Source: Calcarisporiella thermophila CBS 279.70 (Eukaryota; Fungi; Calcarisporiellomycota). Taken from it: DNA of 64,000 nucleotides. The position numbers and the translations under genes are program-made. Shown here in pieces: positions 1-12,794 of this stretch. Location of the stretch: assembly GCF_041956535.1 (NCBI RefSeq), contig NW_027192199.1:825693-889692 (forward strand), read 5' to 3'. How positions within the stretch are numbered: position 1 is the first letter of the stretch; every line of letters starts with the position of its first letter. The notes below the pieces were generated by a model, which ran no database searches, was not told the DNA's origin, and saw only the letters and a list, made by a program, of their open reading frames with translations.

Positions 1-659
1 GAGACGATGAGCTCATGGTTTGCAAATTTGGTGTGAAGCAGAGCCTGAGTGACAACGCGTCCGATATCACGACACGAGGTGAAGGTGACCTTTTGCTTGC
101 CGTCGCCCACAATGGTCCAGTGGCGTGCTGCGTATTGAATCTAAATCAGGGGCTGAAAGCTAGATCAAGGAAGAAGCCTAGGTAGATGACGGTGCACTCG
201 ATTCTGCTAGCTTTGACCTCGACAAAATGTTCCATCTTGTTCGTTGTTCTGAGTTCTTACAGGCGGAGTGTAGCGCATTCGGCGATGATCATAACTGAAT
301 TTAGAGGGGATGTAGCGTTACACTCCAGTAGCCTCGGCCGCCTCAAACACCGCCTGCTCCACCTTCACACCGGTTGCCGTTCCGGAATGACGGTTTTCCC
401 AAAGTGCGATTGCAATCACCACTGCATCCGACCCAGCAAGGGCGCTTCGGAGGGAGGTTTGGTCGGAATAGTCTGCAATGGGGACGAGTGATGGGCCGAG
501 TCTTCGCAGCTCGTCAGAGGTATTGGATCGTGTTGACTCAGGGCGCGTCAGAACGCGAACTTGAGAGAATGCTCCAGATTTGAGAAGTTCCCGGAGAATG
601 TGGGAGCCAAGATACCCCGTGCCTCCGGTTACAGTGACAATTGTACATCCCGTGGACAT
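1..659 (-). pseudogene. NmrA/isoflavone-reductase-like NAD(P)-binding protein, disrupted; 3' end runs off the window
   Basis: Rossmann motif VTGGTGYLGSHI after the ATG at 659. An in-frame TAA at 318-320 interrupts the family motif GV[K/Q]RYIPS(E)F, which continues as *RYIPSKFSYD. After a frameshift the frame reads IECTVIYLGFFLDLAFSP*F, and after another WTIVGDGKQKVTFTSCRDIGRVV. Confidence 0.75.
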
Positions 660-1892
660 GACAGACGATAGAATTTTTAACAAATAAATTTTAACTAGGA
701 ACAACTATTGACAGTAGAATGTGCAATATATGTTTTCAACAACCAACCGGATTTATACCCTTTTCATCCCCCATAATAGTGCTTTAATCTAAATTTTACT
801 CACTTGTGCACAGCTACTTCAAACAAACATCCAAACAAACATAAATAGGATATAGATGGGAATTAGAGCATGTTCACACCTCAATAAAGATGTTCGAGAA
901 TATATACTGTAGGAATTAATTAAACCCGTTCCCAAATAATATTTTTAACTTTGCGATTTAATCACAATACTAATGTATCTCTGTACACCTCCCTTTAGGC
1001 CATCCAATGGTGTATACTATGGAGTCATTTGAATATAGGCCTTTAGTGAAAGAATATACTAGCATAATATGCGTAGACGAGCCTACTCCAAATTCCTCGT
1101 ATTTTCCCTACAATGAATCTCTGAAAATCTCTGTGCTGTTCAGAATATGTGGAACGCCTTCCTATTTCATTCGCCCAATTGGCGGTTATTGCGTTTGTCT
1201 GGAACTGAGAAGTTCGAAGACTTGAATTCTCAGGGTATCGTGTGATAAGAAGATTTGATAATGAGATCTGATTTATGCACCATTGAGGAGAGTCAAGCAT
1301 CTTTTAGATATTCAAAAAATCCAGTACACAGCACAGCCGAGATATGCCATTTTTCCGGTGGGAAAATTAGAGGTGGGCTGATAATAATAGACAAGAGGAT
1401 TCAGGCGAAGATGGCTTTATTAAATAGAATAAGCGCATTGTGTGAAATGTGGCCTAATTGACAAAAGACCTGAATGAACTTTTACTTAAGATAGACGCTC
1501 TTCTGCCCTCAATAGAATCCTTGATAGTCATAAGGATCTATTTTGCCAGGATAGTGCCAAGTTTTTTTTATTTTTATTTTTTCTATTTATAAATTGAGTA
1601 TTAATAGAATCAAGGAATAAAGATCCGTTTTTTGATTCTCATGTGAAAGTGAGAGTAGATAATTTTGAATAGGACATTCATCTTTTAATTTTGGGTGGCG
1701 TGAAGCATTCTTTTTTACCCCTGCAATGAGAAGTACCCGGATCCATCGGGCGCTCTGTTGCAATGAGCCCAGCAAGAATAATTTCCAAATCGAAGGGCTC
1801 AATCCAAAACAGTACTCTGCTCCCATAAAGGATCCTGGGTACTCTTGATTCAAATAAGAAACAGACGGCTGCTGCCGTTCGTTTATCGAAGG

Positions 1893-1900
1893 CGTGAGAA
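1893..1900 (+). promoter_or_regulatory. CSL-type motif CGTGAGAA about 150 bp upstream of microprotein copy 1; equivalents at 4028-4035 (TGTGAGAA), 5014-5021 (CGTGAGAA) and a degenerate one at 6125-6132 (CGTGTAAA)
   Basis: Positionally conserved upstream of all four paralogues; three match the CSL consensus YGTGRGAA. Confidence 0.5.
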
Positions 1901-2041
1901 GTGGTGGAGTGTACCGGAGTGAAGGGTAACGCATGGCAGCCCTCGAATTCTATATATTGTCCTTGCACTGTATTGATCCTCTACTTCCTCTTCGTATCAC
2001 TTCAAAAGTTAATCGAAATCGAACTAATCAATTCATCAATT

Positions 2042-2230
2042 ATGGAGCAACAATATAATAAGGGCGATCGTGTTGAGTTCCGCAGCCAACAACACAATAA
2101 CCAAAAGCGCACTGGTGTGATTCAAAACGTTCAGGGATCTGGGCAACAGTGCAAGTACACGATCCGTGACGATAATGACAACCAGAATGTGCAGTGCCAG
2201 CAATCGAACATTGAGCGCAAACTAGAGTAA
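2042..2230 (+). CDS. Small 62-aa Q/N-rich SH3/Tudor-like protein (Hva1_TUDOR/DUF2945-like), copy 1
   Basis: MEQQYNKGDRVEFRS...RTGVIQNV...KYTIRDD...IERKLE; paralogous to three downstream ORFs; TATA-like sequence near 1951. Confidence 0.8.
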   Translation: MEQQYNKGDRVEFRSQQHNNQKRTGVIQNVQGSGQQCKYTIRDDNDNQNVQCQQSNIERKLE

Positions 2231-4177
2231 TTAGGCATGCTTTGACCCGCCTTGCGTTACTACTTAGTTCAAAAGAATATATTATTATACGGCTCTTGTA
2301 TATTAATAAAGTGACCATAATTTGCGCTTGATAACATCCAACACACAAGACTATTATTATAGGCTCCCATTTACAACAAAAGAGCTTCCGCTCCTCACCC
2401 CGCACGATTACATGGAATTTCTTCCAAATCAAGTATCTAATTAGACCACACCATCCAACCCAAAATGACGGGTTAGAGTTCGATTTACGCGTAAATCCTT
2501 TGCATATTTTCACACATATCGTAGCTGCAATCAGAAAAAAAAAGGATTCAGCAACCAGATGCAATACAACCCCAATTCAAGGGGGATAAATCAGGTATTT
2601 GGAAACAGTTGATGAATGGAACAGGGAAATAAAAGGATATATTATACTATTTACAAATAATGAATAATATCACTCTGCAACTATTATTTTATTATATCCC
2701 CAAAGAAAAGATAATTAAATTATAATTTTTAATGGATTCCCTGTATAGTCTTTGTTCTTTTTTCCTCATTCTCTAGTCGCCACTAGCAACAACACTAAGT
2801 ATACATATTAAGTAACTTTGGCGCAACTCAAATGTGGGAATGAATCTCAGTTCTCAATTTATCCTGGATTTCGATATTCACACCACACCCTTAAAGAACA
2901 CAACACAGGTTGAATACTTGTTTAATTCCATCAAGAGCAATAAATGAACATGAAAGCTCGACTCTCCTCCTATCTAACTTTGTCCACACTATTGTCTTCT
3001 TGCAGTTTTCTTGGCGATAGGAAATTTATCCCCAAAATCCGACGATCAAATGTTTAAAATCCGCCAAGATACGGCCACGTAAAAATTCAAGGCAGACTAA
3101 ATCCTAATTGTATGCATTTTTGCCTTTCAAGCGGGTGTGATAAAAAAAAGATTGATAATCTTATCCAAATATCCATCAGGTAGATGCTAACACAGTGGTG
3201 CCACTAGTTCTTAAAGCCAACTCGGCCATCCTCAATTTTCAGTGAAATCGAGAGCAGCCTTCCCCCCCCGAATTGTGTCAAATCGCAAATTTCATTTGCA
3301 CTATATTTAGAATATGAAATTTAAAATGAACATGGATACACAGCAGCAAATTATTCGGTGTTTTTGATGGCAATGCCCTTAAAGACAGGTGTCACTGATA
3401 TCCTGGTCTATTTCTCATCCCGCGGCCAAAAAATTGCCAATAGCATCTTTGGGGGATTTCGAAAGGTCAACTACGGGATCGCGACATTTTTAGCTCCTCA
3501 TCTCCGTGATCGTTGATTGCACCGGATTTTACTCTCGGTAATGAATAGTAGCCCGGAACTTAGAAAATATTTCGTATGATTCTAAGATTCTCACAAGTTT
3601 GAGTTTTCTGGAACGAGATAAAATTCGCATAAAATATAATACAATTAATTGACTATGGAGAAACGCTCACAAATATGCCAATCTATCGATCTGGCATACC
3701 TAAGGGTATTTACTCTGGCTCAAAACGACAGCAACACTTACTCACCTACGATATTTTCAACTAAACGATAGTACTCCATCTCGATCTTTCGCTTTCCTTC
3801 GGCATCATCTTATGCTACTTTAATCTCTGCCTTTTGCTTTTTTTTAGTTTTTGTTTATGCACGCAGTTCTTTTACACCCCCGATGGGAAACTAGCAAATT
3901 CGCCGACCCATTCTCAAAGGTACCCAAAATACTCTCACGCATGGGGTTCATACAGCCTTTTGCATTCAAACGAGACATTTTTTGCTCACCACGGGGGGCG
4001 CATTAAGAAAAAAAGCGCCGCCGAACGTGTGAGAATAACGGAGCGCATGAGAACAACACATCGGCGCGGGGCCTTCTCCAAACATATAAATAGGCACCTG
4101 TCCCCGAAATGAAAATTCATCAATTTCAATTCAACAAAAAAGGAACTTAATCTCTTACTAAACGACGCAAAACTACC

Positions 4178-4363
4178 ATGGAACAACAATACAGACAAGG
4201 TGACCGTGTTGAATGGAGGGACCAGCAAAACAACCAAAAGCGCCAAGGCACCATTCAACAAGTCCAAGGATCTGGACAAAATGCTCGATACACCATTCGG
4301 GATGATCAAAATCAGCAGCAACAGGAGGTCCAGCACAATCGCATTGAGCGCAAGCTTCAGTAA
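4178..4363 (+). CDS. Small 61-aa Q-rich SH3/Tudor-like protein, copy 2
   Basis: MEQQYRQGDRVEWRD...QGTIQQV...RYTIRDD...IERKLQ; TATAAATA near 4086; ACCATGG start context. Confidence 0.85.
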   Translation: MEQQYRQGDRVEWRDQQNNQKRQGTIQQVQGSGQNARYTIRDDQNQQQQEVQHNRIERKLQ

Positions 4364-5173
4364 GCCTTTCAGCATGTCGTCCTCTTGTGTAATCAATGAA
4401 AAAAAAACTCTTCAGTTTTTGTATGCAATAAAGTGAATTTAACTTCACAATAAACATTCAATGAATTTCAAAAATTTTGCGGACCTCTCCATATCTAATG
4501 TCAGTAAGTTAGTTACTGCTTACATATTGGTGCTATTTCTCTTCCCCCTATCAACTATGAAGGCTGGCAAGGTATTCCATAGTGAAATGATATTAAGCAA
4601 TATTGTATTATCTCTAGAATATTTAAACACTAAGATTTAATAATCGCAGAGTTAATAGAGAGAGATTCAATTAAATTTAGAACCCCAGCAATCAATCGCA
4701 GAATTATTATGTAAAATCTGAAGGCAGCGTTTATAGGGTAAATATGGGCTTTTGTTCTTCATATTCAAAGAAGTCTTGGGCTTTCGAAAGATAGGAACAA
4801 ACTTGAAGCTGCAAAGGCCATCTTAAGCAGACGGTAGACATACTTTGTCTACAAACTTGAATTTCTAGAATAAGGTAAAATACCTCTTTAAAACGCGAGC
4901 TCTCGTTCTTGAAGCTTTCCAATAGGGGTATCGACTCAAATTTTCCTTCGTACGTGAAACACTACTCACTTTCTCCACGAGGGCGCATTGGAAAAAAAAA
5001 ATGCCGTTGACGGCGTGAGAATGCCTGAAATGTATTTTGAGAATAACCCATGGGTACAGATTCTTTCTTGTAATCTTATTATTTCACTCTTCACCATATC
5101 ACTCTGGCACTTTTGCCCAATTTCATCCCAATATTAGCATTTATAAACAAGTCTATTACTTTGCCGATTTGCC

Positions 5174-5362
5174 ATGGACCACGAAGAGCAATGCCGCGTG
5201 AACGATCGCGTTGAATGGCGAGACGATAATAATCAAAAGCACACTGGAGTAATCGTGGGAGTCGACGGAATTGGGCTACACGCTAGCTATAAGGTCCTTA
5301 ACGAAAAAACCCAACAAGAGGAACAATGCCACCATCATCAGGTGGAGCGCAAACTCCAATAA
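5174..5362 (+). CDS. Small 62-aa SH3/Tudor-like protein, copy 3 (Cys/His subtype)
   Basis: NDRVEWRD...HTGVIVGV...YKV...CHHHQVERKLQ; GCCATGG start context. Confidence 0.85.
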   Translation: MDHEEQCRVNDRVEWRDDNNQKHTGVIVGVDGIGLHASYKVLNEKTQQEEQCHHHQVERKLQ

Positions 5363-6270
5363 AGGACTTTACGGTGCTTTCTTTTCTTTGGATAAGATTG
5401 AAGTAGAATGCTGTGAATATTGTATTTTGGTATTGTTTTTTAAGGCCTTTTCTTCGAATATTCAATTGTCAGTCAATAGTTGTAAAATAACATCTCACTA
5501 AACTTCACTGGTAGTGAGTCCTTTAATGACAATGATTATGTACTATTTATGTCCTTTGGCAATTCAGTACAAACTCTAGTATGATAGTATTACTAAAAAA
5601 CCGTCTGATTATGTTGTGAATATTTTCTATCCCACAACAACTGTGAAAGAAATATATTTGAATGGTCCGATATAACGGAGCTTTAGGAAGGATTCCACCT
5701 TAGATAACTCAATGAGTTTTATTAATGGCATATCAGTGTATCAAAGAAATAACGTGCCTTAAGTGAAGGACACCCAGATAAATTCGAAGAATTAGGTTAC
5801 AGCTGGAAGTTTACTAGAGATACTGCGAAGTATTTAGGGGGTAATGATGAATTTACTACGACCAAGAGAGAGCGCCTTGACAACGGATTAAGAAAATATC
5901 TCACGAAATACCCGAGCAATGACTTGGCGCATGACACTAGTTATTTTGTTAAGTTTTTGGGCGCCAGAACAGTCTCTCACCTGGTGAAATAGGCCACTAG
6001 TCTAAAATTGCTATTGAATACAGGCTTTATTTCATGCACTAAACCATGATCCTCTAATTCAGATCACTTTTATATTCTCTACAAAGCAGTATTGGGAAAA
6101 AATAGATCGAAAGCCCCATATCGGCGTGTAAATTAATGGCAAGTTACAGAGTAGGACTTTGTTTATGGTGTTTTCTTTAAAATCTATATATATATGATAC
6201 ATTTCACTCTGTTTCCTCAACACTATTTTAATCCAAAACTTTTCAGAGAAAATCGAACAGTCATAACACC

Positions 6271-6459
6271 ATGGACCCTGGTTACCAATGCCGTGTGAAT
6301 GATCGCGTCGAATGGCGCGATAATGACAACAAAAAGCATACAGGGGTAATTGTGGGTGTCGATGGAATAGGAGAGCATGCTAGCTACAAGGTATATAACG
6401 AAAGGAATCAGCAAGAGGAACAGTGCCATCATCATCAAGTAGAGCGCAAGCTTCAGTAA
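6271..6459 (+). CDS. Small 62-aa SH3/Tudor-like protein, copy 4 (Cys/His subtype)
   Basis: 52/62 aa identical to copy 3 by manual alignment, with many synonymous DNA differences. Confidence 0.85.
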   Translation: MDPGYQCRVNDRVEWRDNDNKKHTGVIVGVDGIGEHASYKVYNERNQQEEQCHHHQVERKLQ

Positions 6460-7267
6460 AACGGCTTTGAATAGATTCCCTAGATTCCTCTTTGATAGGA
6501 TAAAAGAAATTATATCAGCATTGCATCTTAATAATTATTTCTTTAGTATTTCAATTGCAGAAATGCTTGGAAACCTTTTACACATGAATTCAATTGAAGC
6601 TGTCAATAATAAAATCATTGATTCTCTATAGCAATTCGTCAACCTATTTTCAATAGAGTTTTAGTTCAACTTGATATATCTATCAATTAATGAGAATTGG
6701 AAATTGAATTGGATAGATCAATGGGATCTCGTTGATTGAATTCACGTCTCTACAACATCTAGGCCATATACACGAAATAGATGAATAGTTATCACTATTT
6801 TAAGGGAAAAACACCGGGTCTAATATAGCAAAGGATATATCTCTCTCAAGAGAGAGCTCTATTTATTTGTATTTTCATTTTCTGATATGTAGTACAAATT
6901 TTGTTTAGTTTTTTTATCTTTTATTTTTCGCTGCATCCGTTCATCGTAATAAATCACTCGTGAGCCGCGAAATTGATCGTTCAACTCGCATAAGCCAAGC
7001 AAAGGTGATGACTTAACCAGTGGTTCGTTATTTGAGGTTTGGCACATATTTCAAATTTACTAACATCATGCCTATATGCGTATTTTTATGCAAGTCGCTT
7101 TTAGTGTTAAGCGTATATTAAAGAGAGAAAGGGGTGGGAGAAGAGAAGGAAAAAAACAATCGGTCAATGCTTCAGGATTTATCCCCTTTTAAACTTAATA
7201 TAATTTTAGGCACCCATAGAAATCAAATAAACAAAAAATAGTAAAAAAATAAGTTGGAGAAACTAAT

Positions 7268-9034
7268 CTATCGCCTATTTCCCTCTGTTAGTGAGGAACT
7301 TGTCGAATGTCTCGATGGGGGGTTTGGACGGTGCCCGCCTCTACTTCCACTTCGGCCTCCTCCTCTACCACCACGCCTTGCATCAAGACCGCGATTGGGG
7401 TCTGCTTTTTTGATATTTAAGGTATTTTCTCCTAATCGCTGCCCATCCATCCTTAATGCCTCATCGAATGCGGCTTGATTTGTAAAGTCCACAAAGCACG
7501 ATGCACGCTGTTGCTGCGAATGACGATCATAAAGTAGCCGAACCCGTCCGATGCCTGCAGCGACGGGACCAAAGAAGCCTCGTATGTCTTCCTCAGAAAC
7601 CGGAGTATGCAATAACCCTGAAATATAAACGGTGAACTGGTTATGGGTCGTGCTTTGTCGTCTACTATCCCTCCAGCTCTCTTTGTTGTCGCCATCACCA
7701 CCACTTGGTGCTCCAAGCGCATTCTCGCCTCTCCAAGAGGCGGACGTGGACTCCTTTTTGGGTTTTCTCCGATACGAGAAATTGAATCCTTGTGCTTTCG
7801 ACTCAGCGACCATCCTCCCATTGCTTACCTCCAAGGCCAACCAACCAAAAGCGGCGTCCGGCATGTTGAAGTGCCATGTGTTTTTAAACGCTTGCTCATC
7901 TTTCTCCGTGCCATCTCTTCCCGTTGGTGGGAGCCTGTTTACAACCGTCATAAAGTGTTGTATTAGAGCTCGCTGACGCTCAGTGATGGAGGACTCGACC
8001 TCAGATTTAACACGGTCCCACACTTGCAAAATGGTACGCTGAGCCTGAATGAGTCGGTTGCGGAAGTGATCCTGGTCTGGCTGCACGGAAAATTCGTTAT
8101 AGGAGATTCCATATCGAAAATGCAAGCTGGCCGAAAGAGTGAAATCGGCGCGGAGGACAAGTGACAACTGGGCAATAAGCCCTTCGCGACCAGGGCTCGC
8201 GTGGGTAACTAGCATTCGAGTTTCTGAAGGATTGTAAAGACGCTGAGCCTGCTCAACCAGTTCCCCTATCTGTAATGCTGTGACCCACATCGTCCCGGAC
8301 CCGCCCGCAATGCTACCGTGTCCTTCTCCGTGGTCAAACAATTTTTGGGGTACAAAAGCGCCGCCCAACCCGAACAATCTCAATCCTACTCCTCCAATTT
8401 CCAGCAATGCACCTTCATCAATTAAATTCAAATTCTCCACTTTGTATTCACCCGCCTTCATTCGTTCAACTACTGTAACATCTTCGCAGGCACCCCACAC
8501 GCAGTATACAGGAACACGTAGTCGCTTTTCACCAGCTAAAAATTGCGGGAATTCAGAGAGATATGGAGTGTTAGATTCAGAAATGGTGCGACGAGCATCA
8601 TCGGGGGTAGCGCTATTAAGTCTGGCACGGATGTGTGGAGGGATGAGAGTGCTGTATTGAAGGATATGCTTAAGTGTTCTAAAGTATCACAGCTGATGGA
8701 TCAGTTTACGAAAACAATTAGATAATGCAAGAAAGTTTTCAACTCACCGATCACTCATCCGCCCAACGCTCGCCTTTTCTGGAATTGTATAATAGAGAAA
8801 GGAAAGGGGAGGAGAGTCAAATCTCTCTGTACTTCAAAAAAATATTTCTATAATTCTCCCTCCCATACCATAGAATCCGAAATCTCCACAGTGAATAATA
8901 TAATCTGCCCGCGTCTCCTCTGCTAATTGATTCAGCAACGATATGTTGCCACGCACATCGGCGCAACAAAGAACGCGTGCACTCCCCACATTCATGAGCT
9001 GGGGGCCATTTGAGGCGGGTGGCTTTGAGCTCAT
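7268..9034 (-). CDS. Calcineurin-like metallophosphoesterase (DUF2433-type) with C-terminal RRM and RGG tail; multi-exon
   Basis: Motifs [47 protein letters not shown]; RRM with VYISGL (RNP2) and RASCFVDF (RNP1); [14 protein letters not shown] tail. Short introns near 8690-8870. Confidence 0.8.
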
Positions 9035-9558
9035 ATCCTGGATGATTATGTTTTGGATTTTCGACGAAAAGAAGGGATAAATGAATGTAGAGGTGTTAGA
9101 TGATCTCTTGAGCTGTCCCAGAGCGCGGTAGTAGGTTAGGAAATTAAGTGAATCTTAAACAAATGTTGATTGTCTATATCTAGAAATTCAAATCGACCAT
9201 TTTGGAAAACTTGGCTTTTTTCAATAATGAGTTCCTTTCTTGATAAGAAAATAAAAAGTCATATTAGGCGTAAATATGATAAAAAAATTATATCTATAAG
9301 GCTTCATATTATGCTGGAAATTGAATGAAACGAATGTGAGAATATGCGGTGTGCGTCGTTGAGATGGATAAATTTTGTACTGTGAATATGTGAAACTGCT
9401 ATCCGATTCGTTAAATAAATATGCAGTTGAGTATGATGATGCATTTCATATTAGCAATCCCATTTCAAAATATTACTAATAACGAGAACAGAAAGATTGA
9501 ACAGAAAAGAGTATTGAAAGATTCTAGTAAATGATATGGAGACGTGACAAACAGGTTT

Positions 9559-11153
9559 TTAAAATTTTTTCAAATCCTCAACATCGTTAATAATAGCAGG
9601 CGTTTTGATAGTTTTACCGTGAAGCTGACTCAAGCCTTCGCCTGAGTAAGTAACCAACGGGGATATCTCCAGATCACCGTCACCCTCTACTGTCGCACCT
9701 GCCTTGTTCACAAACCGCAAATGCTGTTGCAAAATATCGCGGCGAGATGTCTCTGGACAATCCACATTCGATCCGGGGGCGTTTTTTAATGGAGAAAATT
9801 CATCCTGCCTCTCCACTTCCAGAACGGCCATCCGCTCAGTAAAGGGGAACACATCGAAAACAAACATCTCCATCTTCAGCGCATTTGGAGTTGTGGGATT
9901 TAACTGGTTTCCTGAAGATACATCGACGCATTTGACCTTCTTTTTGGCAACATGATACTCAAGCTGAGATTCAAAGTCTTTTATCCTTCGCAAAAAGTCA
10001 AGCGTATAGAAATGATTGGCGATGTTGGCTGCACCAAATGCAAGCTGGCCATTCGGCTTGGTTCGAGCAGCAATCTCAGCGTCAATCTCCGAATATTCCA
10101 CTACACCAAATTTACCATTGCGTAGGCAGACTACACCGACAGGCTCAGTAGGGCATGACTTAGGCACCGTCTTTGCGCCACAGTCTGCGCCTTTGGATAC
10201 GCAATAACCGACAAAGACCGGATCTGCAACTCGTACCAGACAGTTGTCAACGCAGTAGGCATGAAGATATTTGACACCTCGTGAATCCATGGAGTCGAGG
10301 ATTTTGTGTTTGCGAAGGGCCTCATAGACTCCACCATTGCCGTCGGGGGCAGCCGTAAGCTGGCTCTTGGTTTCAAGCAGGATTTTACCATCCATGGAAA
10401 AGCAAGGGAGGGTCCCTAAAGAGCAAGAGAAAAAATCACATATAGCTTGAGCTTCATTGTACCGAGTATAAATATCGTAAAATCACCCTGATCAAAGAAG
10501 AGTACGTTCTGCGCGTTTAAGCCGAAATAATTGTGATGTTTAAAGAATTTCTCCGTAGCTTCACGTGTAGGTCCACTAGTCATCACATACCAAGGAATTA
10601 CAACTGAACTCTCCTCCACACCACCGTGACTTGCCGCCAATACCTGCAGTCGCCTAATTCTTTCGGCCTGAATCTGGAAAAGCGATTTTTTACTCGGCAA
10701 ATTGATGTCATAGCAACCCTTAGGGGCTGAAGAACCGAGACGAGTACCCTGTCCTCCTGCCATTAATATTACTCCGACTTCTCCACGCGCAATAAGCTCT
10801 AGGCCTAAGCGTTTCCATTCGTCGATCTGCTCTGAGCTAGCCTCCAAAACAGAATCAAAGACGCTTGCAGGTAAAGGCTCTAGGTTGCATTTGCCACTTG
10901 TAGAGGCACGTTCAGCACCTTCGATTGCAAGTTGAAAGATGCGGTTACACCGCTCAACATCCAATTCTGAGAGCTGGTGAAAAAGTGCACGCTTCTCTGA
11001 ATCGCTAAGAGTGTCCCAAAAGGTAAGAAGATGTGCTTGTCCTGCTGAAGCCAAGCGATCGCGTAGTGCATCGAATTCTTCTTTAGTGGGCAATCTGGCA
11101 TTATGGAGCGTGTCAAGACCCTTGGTGATTAAATTATCAATTGCATTAATCAT
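9559..11153 (-). CDS. UAP1: UDP-N-acetylglucosamine pyrophosphorylase
   Basis: LMAGGQGTRLGSSAPKG, PWYVMTS, APDGNGG, YCVDN, VVEYSE, KMEMFVFDVF, EFSPLKN; one short intron near 10415-10487. Confidence 0.95.
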
Positions 11154-11606
11154 ATTGAGATTGTTCACTAAATAATAATAAGAATAGCAAATAGGAGTGC
11201 GATGGAGATGAATTAAAGAGAGGATGGAAATATTTTCTTATGAAAATGATGGTAAAACTCAAAGCTATTTTTTTTTTCCAAGGTTCAAAAATCAGGGACC
11301 CTTTTTGACCGTCTGGACGCTTGTTCTGCGTCATCAGTTCGGGCACGTTGAAACGTGTCTGCAACACGAGTGAAAGAAAATTGGAGCAGGAACAGGTTTT
11401 TAACTCTCTAGAACATATGGTTTTCATAAACTCTCCTAGTGTTTTTCCGCTTAGCAGCTTTTCACATTAACCTTCGCCCCCTTCTTTTCTCTATGAATGA
11501 TATACGCTTGATTCTTTATAAATGCGAGAAGCGAGGATAAACTAGATCGGCTTACTCTTCTTAATTTTCTCAGTTTTACACTTCAGAGTACATATCATCT
11601 TGAAAC

Positions 11607-12794
11607 ATGCAAAAATCCACCATGTCTCAACTGCCCCCTCCGCATGAACTGCTCAACATTGGTGGTTCTCATGACGCTTTACCGGTTCACCCATTGGTGA
11701 CCGTAGATCGCCATGGTAATTCTGAAAACCGTATGTCTACCCAAATTTTCTCGGCCAACGCCGGTTCCACAAAGAAAATAATATCTGACTAAAAGGGTTA
11801 TTAATTATTCGGTTTCATCATCTAATTTAGACCATTTGCAGCCAAGGATACTTCCTCCTCTTGATTCTCTGCACTCAAACGATACTGCACTTTCCCGTCG
11901 CGGTTCTACGGATCCAACGGGCCATCTCACAACACCGCCTGCTGATCCATTTCTTGCGAGTGGAATCCGACGCTTTTCTCAAACAGATGCTTATATTTCG
12001 ACATTTGCATCCTCGTCTGCCTCAAATCGGCGTGGCTCTTATACTTCGGAAACATCTGGAGGCGGACCGCCGTCGCCTCCCGTGCTTACTCATTCTTTTG
12101 AGCCGCGTGGCGAATCATCCAATAGTTTAATATCACTTCCTGGCTTGGGTGAGGCGTACCAAGCGAGACGACACTCCATTGCTACAGGAGAGTTCGCTAG
12201 ACTGAGGGACAAACAGAACACCGAAAACTGTAAGCATTTTTTTTTATCTAACAACTTTAGTCTAGAATTGTCCATGTTTTTGATTCGCTAGATGCCCCAC
12301 CGCAAGGCCCCATATTCTTTCCTGATACTCAGCCCAGTTCCTTATCTGTTCCCTCAAGCCCCCCTTTCCGTCCCCTCAGCGACCCCCATCACCGTTCGCA
12401 GTTACCTCTTAACCCACCGCTAGATACATCCTCGTCACTTTCCCAGCGATTCACACCACAGCACCACTCTCATCCCACATGGACCAATCAATCTCGTCGT
12501 TCAATCATGCCCATTGAGCGTCGCCACCTCTCCTCCGAAGCGCCTTACTCTCGTCCTCCTGAACTTAGAATTAGCCACAAGCTAGCAGAGCGAAAGCGCC
12601 GCAAAGAGATCAAAGACTTATTTGATGAACTGCGCAATTCGCTTCCATTTGATCGCAATCATAAAGCAAGCAAATGGGAGGTTCTCAGCAAGGCACTAGA
12701 ATATATTCAAAAATTGAAAGGAGAAGAAGAAGAGATGGCAAGAGAGATCGAGGGATTGCGACAGCAGATTGAGTCCTCAAAGCAGATAACTTAA
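11607..12794 (+). CDS. bHLH transcription factor; multi-exon
   Basis: C-terminal YSRPPELRISHKLAERKRRKEIKDLFDELRNSLP...KASKWEVLSKALEYI plus coiled coil; Ser/Pro-rich N-terminus with RRGS/RRHS sites; introns near 11732-11830 and 12229-12291. Confidence 0.85.

Noticed and set aside
6841-6856. Hairpin CTCTCTC-AA-GAGAGAG
   Set aside because: Short dinucleotide-repeat palindrome expected by chance; no transposon ends or target-site duplication seen.
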